A program made the translations under genes and the position numbers. Of a stretch of DNA of 64,000 bases, positions 40,703 through 49,747 are shown piece by piece. Source of the stretch: Rhizomicrobium sp. (GTDB lineage Bacteria; Pseudomonadota; Alphaproteobacteria; Micropepsales; Micropepsaceae). The stretch's first letter is position 1; every line of letters starts with the position of its first letter. The stretch lies in contig DATFDR010000011.1 in NCBI GenBank assembly GCA_035251935.1, positions 21,103 to 85,102 of the forward strand, read 5' to 3'. Under the pieces are notes generated by a model. It was not told the DNA's origin and ran no database searches. It worked only from the letters and a program-made list of their open reading frames with translations.

Positions 40703-42406
40703 ATGAAAGTGATCCGCAAACACGCAAAGCTTTTCCTGCTGTGCGGATCGTTGGTGATGCTGCTTGCCGTGGGCCTTGCGACTCATGCCGTCCTTGCGCG
40801 GGAACCAGGCGATCAATTCACGCTCCCGATCACGCATCTCCTCTTCACGACGTCCACCCACTGCATCGCCTGCCACAGCCAAATGCGCGCGCCGAACGGA
40901 GAGGACATTTCCATCGGCTATGAATGGCGTGCCTCGATCATGGCGAACTCGGCGCGTGATCCTTATTGGCAAGCCTCGATCCGCCGCGAAACCATGGATC
41001 ATCCCGCCGCCGCTGCCGCCATCGAGGACAAATGCGCCACATGCCATATGCCGATGCAGCGGTTTCAGGCCCGCGCCGAGGGCCTGCGCGGCCAAGTGCT
41101 AAAATATCTCGCTGGCGTCAGCGACGGCTCGGCGATGGAGGAACCCGAAGGCGAATTGGAAGATGCCAAGGATGTCAAAGCGGCCTTGGCGGCTGACGGT
41201 GTTGGGTGCACCCTCTGCCATCAGATTCAGCCCGGTAATCTGGGCAAGGCTTCCAGTCTGGATGGCGGCTTTCTCATCGACACGGTAAAAAAACTGGAAG
41301 AGCGTGAAGTGTTCGGCCCCTATGACACTCCTGACAAAGGCCGCCAGCGTATCATGCATTCTTCGAGCTCTTTCTTGCCGGCGCGGGGCGATCACATCAA
41401 GGCATCGGAACTCTGTGCCACCTGCCACACCCTGCTCACAGAGGCGCTGGACGAGGAGGGCAAGCCTGCGGGCACTTTGCCGGAGCAGATGCCGTTCCAG
41501 GAATGGCAGCACAGCGCCTATTCCAAAACGGACTCCTGCCAGTCCTGCCACATGACCCGGGCGCCCGACCAGTCGCCCATCACGTCCGTGCATGCCCAGC
41601 CGCGTGACGGGGTGATGCGCCACACCTTCGTCGGCGGGAATGCCTTCATGCTACGCATTCTGAAGGATTATGCCCGCGAACTCGGCGTCATCGCCACGCC
41701 AGAAGAGCTGGAAGCTTCGGCGCAGCACTCAGAAAAATTTCTCTCGCAGCAGACTGCGTCCGTATCCGTCAGCAATGCCCGTCTCACCAGCGGCAGACTT
41801 GCCTTTGACGTCCGGGTGACAAACAAGGCGGGTCACAAATTGCCAACGGGCTATCCCGCCCGCCGTGTTTGGTTGCATGTCGTGGTGCGCGATACCCAGG
41901 GCAGGGTCGTCTTCGAATCCGGGGCGCTCAAGCGAGACGGCTCCATCGTCGGCAACGACAATGACGAAGACGCCTCAAAATTCGAACCGCATCACGACCG
42001 GATCACCGATCCCGGCCAGGTACAAATTTATGAATCCATCATGGGCGACAGCAAGGGGCGGGTGACCACCGGTTTGGTCTCTGGCAACCACTATCTCAAA
42101 GACAATCGCCTCTTGCCGCGTGGCTTCGACAAGAACACCGCCGATCCGCAAATCGCTGTGATAGGCGCGGCCCGCCAGGACCCCGGCTTTGTCGGCGGCC
42201 AGGATACGGTGACATACAGCGTGGCTGTTGCCGGCGGCCCCCATAGCGTGACCGCCGAACTGCTCTATGAATCCATCAGCTATCGCTGGGCGGAAAATCT
42301 GCGCCCCTATCAGGCGCGGGAGCCTCAGCGCTTCGTGAGATATTTCCAGGAACAGTCCCACCTGGCGGGCAAAACGCTGGCGCGGGCCAGCGATGTCATA
42401 AAATGA
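40703..42406 (+). CDS. Secreted pentahaem c-type cytochrome
   Basis: Signal/TM KLFLLCGSLVMLLAVGLATHAVLA. Five CxxCH sites read in the translation (CIACH, CATCH, CTLCH, CATCH, CQSCH). ..KAGHKLPTGYP.. motif, as in large multihaem families. Confidence 0.8.
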   Translation: MKVIRKHAKLFLLCGSLVMLLAVGLATHAVLAREPGDQFTLPITHLLFTTSTHCIACHSQMRAPNGEDISIGYEWRASIMANSARDPYWQASIRRETMDHPAAAAAIEDKCATCHMPMQRFQARAEGLRGQVLKYLAGVSDGSAMEEPEGELEDAKDVKAALAADGVGCTLCHQIQPGNLGKASSLDGGFLIDTVKKLEEREVFGPYDTPDKGRQRIMHSSSSFLPARGDHIKASELCATCHTLLTEALDEEGKPAGTLPEQMPFQEWQHSAYSKTDSCQSCHMTRAPDQSPITSVHAQPRDGVMRHTFVGGNAFMLRILKDYARELGVIATPEELEASAQHSEKFLSQQTASVSVSNARLTSGRLAFDVRVTNKAGHKLPTGYPARRVWLHVVVRDTQGRVVFESGALKRDGSIVGNDNDEDASKFEPHHDRITDPGQVQIYESIMGDSKGRVTTGLVSGNHYLKDNRLLPRGFDKNTADPQIAVIGAARQDPGFVGGQDTVTYSVAVAGGPHSVTAELLYESISYRWAENLRPYQAREPQRFVRYFQEQSHLAGKTLARASDVIK

Positions 42407-42498
42407 AAAATGGGGCGCAAATGGCCCCAATGCAGGCATCGGGTTACGGCATCGTTGTGAAAATCCTGCACTGGCTGATATTGAGTCTTAGCCCAAAA

Positions 42499-42538
42499 GC
42501 GCAATCCGGAAAATCGGAATCGATTTTCCGGATTGCGC
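42499..42538. terminator. Perfect 18-bp-stem hairpin between convergent genes (bidirectional terminator candidate)
   Basis: gcgcaatccggaaaatcg - gaat - cgattttccggattgcgc. Confidence 0.6.
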
Positions 42539-42551
42539 GCTAGCGGATTGT

Positions 42552-43943
42552 TTATTGGCCTTTGAACGACATCAGCAGGGCAGGAATGAGGGTGTAGCCA
42601 GTGGGGCAACCGGCATCGATTGCCACCTGCGTCGAGCCGGTCAATTGGCCGTTCGCGTCCGTGGCGATGCAGACTTCAAACTGACCGCCCGTCTGCGTGA
42701 TGCTGTAGTCATTGTCGCTTCCACCAAGATACAATTGCTTTCCGTCCGGCAATACAGGGCCCGGGGCAAACCCCTCGATCTTTTCCGGGACCCAGTGATT
42801 GGCTCCGTTGATCGCCGTCAGCATATCGAGAAATAGGGTCTTTGAGACCGGCGTGATCACGGAGGCGTCCGGCAGGGTGCTCCCGTTGGTTCCGGCCAAA
42901 CTTATGCCGGAAACGTCGGTGGCACCCGTGATGTCGATCTTGTAGATGCGCTTGTGCAAAGGCTTGGGGCTTATGCCCGAAGGTTCATCGACTCCGCGGC
43001 TGCGATTGTCGCGTTCAATAATCAGGAACTCGGTATTGCTGAGAGCGTAGATGCCGCTGGCGCCGATACTGCGGCCCTGATTGGTTGCGGTAAAGGGGGC
43101 TGCGCTGGGGTCCCGGGCATTGATTTGCGCAATTGTGTCGAGCTGATAGACGAACTGCCGTTCGCTCAAGCCGGTCGCGATATCATATTCAACGATACGG
43201 ACATTGGTGCTGCGGCGGCCGTCGTTGGAGGTGCCCTCATTCACCAGGGGGTCCTGCATAATCGCGTACAGCTTGGTCCGCGACTTGTTGATCGCCAGGC
43301 CTTCATAACCTCGATTGTCCTGCCGTCCCGTCACAATGGTGGGGCGGCCATCGACATAATTGATGTCTGTGTCCGCTTCACGGGGAACAAGATTGGCCGG
43401 TGGCGCAAAGGCGCGGATGAATTGGCCGCTTGAAGTGAACTCATAAAGGCTGGGGCCATACTCATCCGCCACAAACATATGTCCACCCTGGCCAACGACA
43501 AGGCCTTCCGGATCGAAGCTGCTGCCCAGCTTGGAATTGTCGCCGTTCAGCAGGCTGGGATTGAGCCCGTTGAACGGTTCGCTTCCGTAGCGGAAGGGAA
43601 TGGTTTTGACGATTCGATAATCGCTTATGGAACCATCGGCATTGTGGGTGACGGTAAACTTCTGAACCCGCGTCTCATAGGACAACAACCCACCGCCCGG
43701 TCCGCGGTCCGAGAGCGCATACCAATCACCCGTCTTGGTGTCATAAAAGATGTCCGAGAAAAAGCCGTTGCGGTTGATGCCAGCGCCCCCCGTTTCCTTT
43801 TTCTTGATCTTGGTGAGGTCGGTGCTCTCGCCGGGAAGTTCCAGAATGGTTTTCAACTGCGGTTCGGCGACCGCGGCGGAAGCCCCGGCAAAAATGGTGG
43901 CTGTCAATGCTATGACGGAAGTGGAAATGAGATAGCGGCGCAT
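42552..43943 (-). CDS. Secreted esterase-like-activity-of-phytase family protein (beta-propeller)
   Basis: MRRYLISTSVIALTATIFAGASAAVA signal; ..GFFSDIFYDTKTGDWYALSDRGPGGG... ATG at 43943 preceded by AGGAGG. Confidence 0.75.
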   Translation of the reverse strand: MRRYLISTSVIALTATIFAGASAAVAEPQLKTILELPGESTDLTKIKKKETGGAGINRNGFFSDIFYDTKTGDWYALSDRGPGGGLLSYETRVQKFTVTHNADGSISDYRIVKTIPFRYGSEPFNGLNPSLLNGDNSKLGSSFDPEGLVVGQGGHMFVADEYGPSLYEFTSSGQFIRAFAPPANLVPREADTDINYVDGRPTIVTGRQDNRGYEGLAINKSRTKLYAIMQDPLVNEGTSNDGRRSTNVRIVEYDIATGLSERQFVYQLDTIAQINARDPSAAPFTATNQGRSIGASGIYALSNTEFLIIERDNRSRGVDEPSGISPKPLHKRIYKIDITGATDVSGISLAGTNGSTLPDASVITPVSKTLFLDMLTAINGANHWVPEKIEGFAPGPVLPDGKQLYLGGSDNDYSITQTGGQFEVCIATDANGQLTGSTQVAIDAGCPTGYTLIPALLMSFKGQ

Positions 43944-44075
43944 ATGCCCTCCTGGCCTGTTGAATCGCGCCATACAGTGGGCTTATGCACGTTGCGGAAA
44001 GTCGTCAATTTTGTAACAGTTTTGTATGCCATGGGATAAGCGCACATGTTCTGGTGCGAACCGGCGTTGGAGGCT

Positions 44076-45461
44076 TCAATCCTCTTGGATTTGGCTGGTT
44101 TGCCGTGTGTCGGGCATGGCCAAAACCACCAGAAAGCCAACCGCCATGATCACCGAGGAATAGATGTAAAAGCCGCTTTCTATTCCCGCCGACTTGAACC
44201 ACAGCGCGACATACTCCGCCGTGCCGCCAAAGGTGGCGTTGGCCAGGGCGTAAGGCAACGCCACGCCCAGGGTGCGGATGTGGGAGGGATAAAGCTCAGC
44301 CTTCACGACGGCATTGATTGCGGTATAGCCAGCCTGCACCAGCATGGCGCCAAGCAGGATGAAGAAGACGCCAACAGCAGACCCGCCTTGGGCGACCGTA
44401 TTCATGACCGGCCAGGTGATCAGCGCGCCGCCGCCAAAGGCCATGATCAGCAGCGGTTTGCGTCCCACCTTGTCGGAAATCCAACCGATCAGCGGCTGCG
44501 CCAGCATGAAGCAAACCAGGGTGGCGGCGCTCAATTCGGTGGCCTGGTCGCGGGTGAAACCCGCAGTGTTGGTCAGGAATTTCTGCATGTAGGTGGTGTA
44601 GATATAGAAGGTGAGCGAGCCACCCGCTGTCAGGCCCAGCACCGTGAGGGTCTCACGGGGATATCGCCGCAGCAGCATGCGGGTGCTGCCCAATTCCACG
44701 CCTGAGGCTTTGGCCTGGACGAAGGATTGCGATTCCTCCATCCGTCCGCGCAGGTAAAAGGCGGCCACGGCCAGGATAGCGCCGATCACAAACGGCACGC
44801 GCCAGCCCCACGCACCCATGGCCTCCGCGCCGATGGCGTGTTGCAGCAGGATCAACACTAGCAAAGCCGTCAATTGCCCGCCGATCAGGGTGACATAGTT
44901 GAAGCTGGACCAGAAGCCGCGATGGGTCTTGCCCGCCACCTCGCTCATATAGGTGGCGCTGACGCCATACTCGCCGCCCAGCGACAGTCCCTGCAGGATG
45001 CGGGCAAGCAGCAGGATCGCGGGGGCCGCCACGCCGATCTGGGCCGCGCCCGGGGTGAAGGCGATCACCAGAGAGCCCAGACACATCAAAGCAACCGACG
45101 CGACCATTGCGCGCTTGCGGCCGAAGCGGTCGGAATAGCGGCCCATGATCCAGGCGCCGACGGGACGGGCAAAGAATCCGACCGCGAAAATTCCCGCGGT
45201 TTGCAGCAATTGCGCCGTCTGATCGCCTTTGGGGAAAAACACCGGCGCAAAATAAAGCGCGGCGGCGGAATAGGCATACCAGTCATACCATTCCACCAGA
45301 TTGCCGATGGAGCCGGCAAATATGGCGCGCAGCCGCGCCGCCGACGTCACTTTGGTGGTCACCCGCAATCCCCACGCGCTGTTTCTTATAGGGAAGATAT
45401 GGACCAGGGCCTGGCGCGGGTCCAGTGATGGGCGATTGGCAAAGGCCGTCGAGGACGCCAT
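44076..45461 (-). CDS. MFS metabolite:H+ symporter (KgtP/ProP-like)
   Basis: ..GSIGNLVEWYDWYAYSAAALYFAPVFFPKGDQTAQLL.., ..GRYSDRFGRKR.., 12-TM character. The start codon is uncertain. Confidence 0.85.
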   Translation of the reverse strand: MASSTAFANRPSLDPRQALVHIFPIRNSAWGLRVTTKVTSAARLRAIFAGSIGNLVEWYDWYAYSAAALYFAPVFFPKGDQTAQLLQTAGIFAVGFFARPVGAWIMGRYSDRFGRKRAMVASVALMCLGSLVIAFTPGAAQIGVAAPAILLLARILQGLSLGGEYGVSATYMSEVAGKTHRGFWSSFNYVTLIGGQLTALLVLILLQHAIGAEAMGAWGWRVPFVIGAILAVAAFYLRGRMEESQSFVQAKASGVELGSTRMLLRRYPRETLTVLGLTAGGSLTFYIYTTYMQKFLTNTAGFTRDQATELSAATLVCFMLAQPLIGWISDKVGRKPLLIMAFGGGALITWPVMNTVAQGGSAVGVFFILLGAMLVQAGYTAINAVVKAELYPSHIRTLGVALPYALANATFGGTAEYVALWFKSAGIESGFYIYSSVIMAVGFLVVLAMPDTRQTSQIQED

Positions 45462-45494
45462 CGCAAAGGTCCCGGCTTTTTCCGGTCCGGGCCT

Positions 45495-45511
45495 GGGAAT
45501 TCTTCCCGAAA
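45495..45511. promoter_or_regulatory. 17-bp motif GGGAATTCTTCCCGAAA in the MFS / histidine-kinase divergent promoter region
   Basis: Near-identical to aGGAATTTTTCCCGAAA at 47561-47577 upstream of pqqA; contains the inverted half-sites GGGAA/TTCCC. Confidence 0.4.
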
Positions 45512-45574
45512 GCCCCTTTTTCTGGGCCCTGGACCGTCAAGGCTGTATAGTGGACTGTCTTACCGCAGGTCCTT

Positions 45575-46885
45575 ATGTCGCTTCAGTTCCGCGTTCTGGG
45601 CTCGATCGCTGTGTTGCTTGTGCTGGCGCTATTCTGCGGCGGCGCCCTTTTGGTGCTGCATGCCCGCTCCGTGGCGGAGCTTGAGGTCCATACCGCCTTC
45701 CGGGGCGCGGAGCGGTCGATCCGCGATACGCTGCAGGGCAATGTCGAACATACCGTGACATTGCGCCAGGTCGTGGCCAGCTTCGAGGGACAGCGCCATG
45801 TGCGCGCCGCGCTGGTCAATGAAAAGGGCAAGGTGATCGTGCAATCGCAGATAGCCCCTCTGAAAAACCCCGCCCCGGCCTGGTTCGAGCGGCTGATGAC
45901 GCCGCTGCCGTTGATGTCCCGGATTCCCCTCAACCTGCCGGGCTATCCTTGTGTGGTGGTCCTGACCAGCGATCCGTTGAGCGAGATCGCGGAGGTTTGG
46001 AACAATGCCCGCAATGCCTTCCTGACAATGCTGGTGTTTTGCGGCGCCACCATGGCGGTGGTGTCACTGGCTTTTGCCTATGCATTCGGGTTTTTGCGCC
46101 GGTTCCAGGCTGGACTGCTGGAGGTGGCGCAGGGCCGCTATAGCGCGCGGCTTGATACCAAGGGGGCTCCCGAGCTTGCGGCCTTGGCGCATGGCTTCAA
46201 CCATATGGCGGAGCGGCTGGAGGCTTTCTCGGACAGCAATCAGCGCCTGGAGCGGCAGATCCAGAGCATCCAGGAAGAAGAGCGCGCCGGTATTGCCCGC
46301 GACCTGCATGACGAAGTGGGGACTTATCTGTTCGCCATCCAGGTGGACGCCAACACAGCCGCCAAATCCGCCGATCCGCAGACACGCGAGCTAGGCGTCA
46401 TGATCCGTGACGCCGTGCTGCATGCCCAGCAGCATGTGCGGGATATTCTGCGGCAGCTGCGGCCGGCCAATGATTTGGAGTTCGGACTTGAAGCCGCGAT
46501 TGCGGATTTGATTCTTTTTTGGTCGCGCCGCTATCCCGCCATCCGCTTTGAGCGCGCCATCGCGCCCGGCCTGACCCTCGATCGGCGCAGCGAAGAGGCA
46601 CTGTATCGCATTGTGCAGGAAAGCTTAAGCAATGCGGTGCGTCATGGCGCTCCGCAAACGATCCGTATCGCTATTGCGGATGAGGCGGGTGGCGTGGCGG
46701 TATGCGTCGAGGACGATGGCGGCGGTCTCAAGCAATCGGGCGGGGGCCTGGGCAATATGGGTCTTGCGGGCATGGAGGACCGGGTGCGCGCCCTCAAGGG
46801 CCGGTTCACCATGGAAAATCTGCCGGGCCGCGGCGTGAGGGTGCATGCGCATTTGCCCAAATTGCGGGAGCTGGAAGACGCATGA
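45575..46885 (+). CDS. Sensor histidine kinase, NarX/DesK type (HAMP + HisKA_3 + HATPase_c)
   Basis: Two TM segments, and ..EEERAGIARDLHDEVGTYLFAIQ.. (HisKA_3 H-box). Confidence 0.85.
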   Translation: MSLQFRVLGSIAVLLVLALFCGGALLVLHARSVAELEVHTAFRGAERSIRDTLQGNVEHTVTLRQVVASFEGQRHVRAALVNEKGKVIVQSQIAPLKNPAPAWFERLMTPLPLMSRIPLNLPGYPCVVVLTSDPLSEIAEVWNNARNAFLTMLVFCGATMAVVSLAFAYAFGFLRRFQAGLLEVAQGRYSARLDTKGAPELAALAHGFNHMAERLEAFSDSNQRLERQIQSIQEEERAGIARDLHDEVGTYLFAIQVDANTAAKSADPQTRELGVMIRDAVLHAQQHVRDILRQLRPANDLEFGLEAAIADLILFWSRRYPAIRFERAIAPGLTLDRRSEEALYRIVQESLSNAVRHGAPQTIRIAIADEAGGVAVCVEDDGGGLKQSGGGLGNMGLAGMEDRVRALKGRFTMENLPGRGVRVHAHLPKLRELEDA

Positions 46886-47511
46886 AGCGGGTGCTGGTGG
46901 TTGACGATCATGCCATCGTGCGGTCGGGCATTCGCCGCCTGCTGGCGGCGATTCCCGATCTGGAATTGGACGAAACCGCCAATGGCGAGGACGCATTGGA
47001 ACGGGTGGGCGCCGGCCCGTTCGATCTGATTATTCTCGACCTCAACCTTCCGGGCCTGGGCGGCCTGGAGCTGCTGCGCCGTCTCCTGAAGGTCCGGCAG
47101 AAGGTGGCGGTGCTGGTGTTCTCGCTGCACACCGAGGCCATCTACGCCAACCGCGCCATGGAAGCGGGCGCGCGCGGTTTTGTCAGCAAAAACGCGACAC
47201 CCGAGGAATTGCTGGCGGCGGTGCAAAGTGTTCTGGCGGGCGGCACGGCCATTGAGCGCGATATTGCCAGTGAAATTGCCGCCCAGGATATCGGAGAAAA
47301 TGCCTATTTGCGGCCTTTGACCCAACGGGACCTGGAGATTTTGCGTCTGCTGGCGGCCGGCAACAGCCTCACCCAGATTGGGGATACGCTGGGCATCGCC
47401 TATAAAACCGTCGCCAATACGCTAAGCCGCATCAAGGAAAAACTCGGCGTCAGCCATACCGCGGACCTGATCCGCATCGCCATTGGCCGGGGGCTTGCCG
47501 ACTTGCGCTGA
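46882..47511 (+). CDS. Response regulator, NarL/FixJ (LuxR-type HTH) family
   Basis: MKRVLVVDDHAIVRSG.., ..DLIILDLNLPG.., C-terminal ..LTQRDLEILRLLAAGNSLTQIGDTLGIAYKTVAN... ATGA overlap with the kinase stop. Confidence 0.9.
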   Translation: MKRVLVVDDHAIVRSGIRRLLAAIPDLELDETANGEDALERVGAGPFDLIILDLNLPGLGGLELLRRLLKVRQKVAVLVFSLHTEAIYANRAMEAGARGFVSKNATPEELLAAVQSVLAGGTAIERDIASEIAAQDIGENAYLRPLTQRDLEILRLLAAGNSLTQIGDTLGIAYKTVANTLSRIKEKLGVSHTADLIRIAIGRGLADLR

Positions 47512-47518
47512 TGCGGGC

Positions 47519-47535
47519 GGGAATTTTTCCCGGCC
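47519..47535. promoter_or_regulatory. GGGAATTTTTCCCGGCC motif copy (also forms part of a terminator-like palindrome after the regulator gene)
   Basis: gcgggcgggaatttttcccggccgc followed by cgattttg. Confidence 0.3.
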
Positions 47536-47560
47536 GCCGATTTTGCGAGGCATCAGGCGC

Positions 47561-47577
47561 AGGAATTTTTCCCGAAA
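47561..47577. promoter_or_regulatory. AGGAATTTTTCCCGAAA motif copy ~80 nt upstream of pqqA
   Basis: Read directly; 42 bp from the copy at 47519. Confidence 0.4.
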
Positions 47578-47658
47578 TGACGTTCGCATGCATCGCGCTC
47601 TTGCGAGATCATGGTGCGCCTGTAAGCTTTCCGGTGTTGTTAGCACCTAGGAGGCAAC

Positions 47659-47736
47659 ATGTCCTGGACCACTCCGCGCGTGATCGAGATCGCCGTTGGC
47701 ATGGAAATCAACTGCTATGCCTGCGCCGATATCTAA
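47659..47736 (+). CDS. pqqA: PQQ precursor peptide
   Basis: Absent from the ORF track (25 aa). RBS aggagg, then MSWTTPRVIEIAVGMEINCYACADI with the conserved E-x-x-x-Y (EINCY). Directly upstream of pqqB. Confidence 0.85.
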   Translation: MSWTTPRVIEIAVGMEINCYACADI

Positions 47737-47751
47737 CGCGCAATGAAGTTG

Positions 47752-47789
47752 ACAGGCCGCCGGTAGCATGCCGGCGGCCTGTTCCTTTT
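47752..47789 (+). terminator. Hairpin plus T-tract between pqqA and pqqB (partial terminator)
   Basis: acaggccgccgg - tagcatg - ccggcggcctgt, then tccttttg. Confidence 0.6.
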
Positions 47790-47799
47790 GGGGTGCGAT

Positions 47800-48714
47800 G
47801 TGAAGATTCTCATTCTCGGTGCCGCCGCCGGCGGCGGTTTTCCGCAATGGAACGGCAACGACGCCGTTGCGCGGCGGGCCTGGTCGGGAAAGCTGCGCCA
47901 TCGCACACAGTCTTCCATTGCCGTGAGCGTGGACGGCAGGCGTTGGGTTTTGCTGAATGCTTCGCCCGATCTGCGCCAGCAAATCCGCGACAATCCGCAG
48001 CTTCACCCCGCTGCCGGCGCGCCGCTGCGCGCCAGTCCCATCGCGGCCGTGGTCCTGACCAATGCCGATGTGGATCATGTCGCGGGTTTGCTGAACCTGC
48101 GCGAGAGTCAGCCATTGGCTCTCTACGCTCACGCACGCGTGCTAGGCGTGTTGGCGCGCAACAGCGTGTTCGATGTGCTGAGCGGCGAATTCGTGGAGCG
48201 GCGCGACTTGCCGCTGGACCGTGATATCGCCCTTGACGACAAGTCCGGCGCGCCGCTGGGCGTGACCATCAAGGCTTTCGCGGTACCCGGAAAGATCGCT
48301 CTGTGGCTGGAAGACAAAGCCGCGCCGGACTTCGGAACGGCGGAAGGCGACACGCTGGGGCTGGAGATTTCGGACGGCCAGGACAAGTCCTTTTTTTACA
48401 TTCCTGCCTGCGCCGCGATAACGCAGGACCTGGCGGAACGCCTGCGCGGCGCGGCGCTGGTGTTGTTTGACGGGACGCTGTGGCGCGACAATGAAATGAT
48501 TGCGGCGGGTGTGGGCCGCAAAAGCGGCCAGCGCATGGGCCATATCAGTTGCGACGCGGCCATTGCCGCCTTCGCCCCGCTTGAGATCCAGCAGAAGTTT
48601 TTCATCCACATCAACAACACCAACCCGCTTTTTGCGGACGATGCGCCCGAGCGGGAGGTGGCGGCCGCGGCGGGTTGGCGCATTGCCGATGACGGCATGG
48701 AGATTTTCCTATGA
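47800..48714 (+). CDS. pqqB: PQQ biosynthesis protein B (metallo-beta-lactamase fold)
   Basis: (V)KILILGAAAGGGFPQWNGN..; GTG at 47800 preferred over the track TTG at 47788. Confidence 0.9.
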   Translation: MKILILGAAAGGGFPQWNGNDAVARRAWSGKLRHRTQSSIAVSVDGRRWVLLNASPDLRQQIRDNPQLHPAAGAPLRASPIAAVVLTNADVDHVAGLLNLRESQPLALYAHARVLGVLARNSVFDVLSGEFVERRDLPLDRDIALDDKSGAPLGVTIKAFAVPGKIALWLEDKAAPDFGTAEGDTLGLEISDGQDKSFFYIPACAAITQDLAERLRGAALVLFDGTLWRDNEMIAAGVGRKSGQRMGHISCDAAIAAFAPLEIQQKFFIHINNTNPLFADDAPEREVAAAAGWRIADDGMEIFL

Positions 48715-49463
48715 GCGCACCCGCCGCGGATAGGCCTTGGTCCCGGGACGAATTCGAAGAACGGCTGCGCGCCATTGGCGCGGCGCGTTATCACGACAAG
48801 CATCCCTTTCACGTCAAACTGCATCAAGGCGTCTTGGACCAAGGTCAGATGCAGGCCTGGGTGCTGAACCGCTTCTACTATCAAAAGTCCATTCCGCTGA
48901 AGGATGCCAGCCTGATCGGGCGGACCGACGATATCGCGCTGCGTCGGGAATGGATCGGCCGCATTGCCGACCATGACGGCGCCTCCCCGGGGGAGGGCGG
49001 CATCGAACGCTGGCTGATGCTGGCCGAAGGCGTGGGGCTGGACCGCGACTATGTCGCAAGCTGCGCCGGCGTGCTCCCCGCAACGCGGTTTGCCTGCGAG
49101 GCCTATATCCGTTTTGTGCGTGAGAAGACGTTGCTGGAAGCGGTGGCCTCATCGCTGACCGAGATGTTCGCGCCCGGACTGCACAAAACGCGGATCGCGG
49201 CGTTGTTGGAGCATTATCCCTTCGCCAATGACCGGACGTTGGCCTATTTCCGCACCCGGCTGGTGCAAGCGCCGCAGGACGTCGCCTATGGCCTGGCCTA
49301 TGTCCTGGAGCGTGCCGACAGCCGCGAGAAACAGGAGCAGTGCCTGGCGGCGCTCTGCTTCAAGACGGATGTTCTGTGGGCGCAGCTGGACGCGCTCAAC
49401 CATGCCTATGTCACGCCGGGGCTTATTCCGCCTGGCGCATTCTTGCCCAAGGACCGCCGATGA
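48711..49463 (+). CDS. pqqC: Pyrroloquinoline-quinone synthase
   Basis: ..RYHDKHPFHVKLHQGVLDQGQMQAWVLNRFYYQKSIP... Confidence 0.95.
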   Translation: MSAPAADRPWSRDEFEERLRAIGAARYHDKHPFHVKLHQGVLDQGQMQAWVLNRFYYQKSIPLKDASLIGRTDDIALRREWIGRIADHDGASPGEGGIERWLMLAEGVGLDRDYVASCAGVLPATRFACEAYIRFVREKTLLEAVASSLTEMFAPGLHKTRIAALLEHYPFANDRTLAYFRTRLVQAPQDVAYGLAYVLERADSREKQEQCLAALCFKTDVLWAQLDALNHAYVTPGLIPPGAFLPKDRR

Positions 49464-49747
49464 CCCGCCTTTTGGTCGAACGGTTCTCGGTGCCGCGCCT
49501 GTCGGCGCATATGCGCCTGCGCTATGACAAGACGCGCGCTCAATGGACGATTCAGGCGCCGGAGCGCGCCTTTGTGCTGGATGAAATCTCCTATGCCATC
49601 ATAGCGCGCTGCGATGGCGCCGCGACCCTTGATGCGGTGATTGCCGATCTTGCCGCCGCCTTTCCCGATGCGCCCCCCGGCGCGATCGCGAAGGACGTAA
49701 CGTCCCTGGTGCAGGATCTTGCCGACAAGGGCGTCATGACCGCATGA
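49460..49747 (+). CDS. pqqD: PQQ biosynthesis peptide chaperone
   Basis: ~95 aa; ATGA overlap with pqqC; ..YDKTRAQWTIQAPERAFVLDEISYAIIARCDG... Confidence 0.85.
   Translation: MTRLLVERFSVPRLSAHMRLRYDKTRAQWTIQAPERAFVLDEISYAIIARCDGAATLDAVIADLAAAFPDAPPGAIAKDVTSLVQDLADKGVMTA

Noticed and set aside
47513-47545. First GGGAATTTTTCCC copy as a dedicated regulator-binding site
   Set aside because: Not fully rejected, but it also forms the stem of a terminator-like palindrome (gcgggcggg..cccggccgc plus a T-tract) directly after the response-regulator stop. Its resemblance to the other two copies could therefore be partly coincidental.
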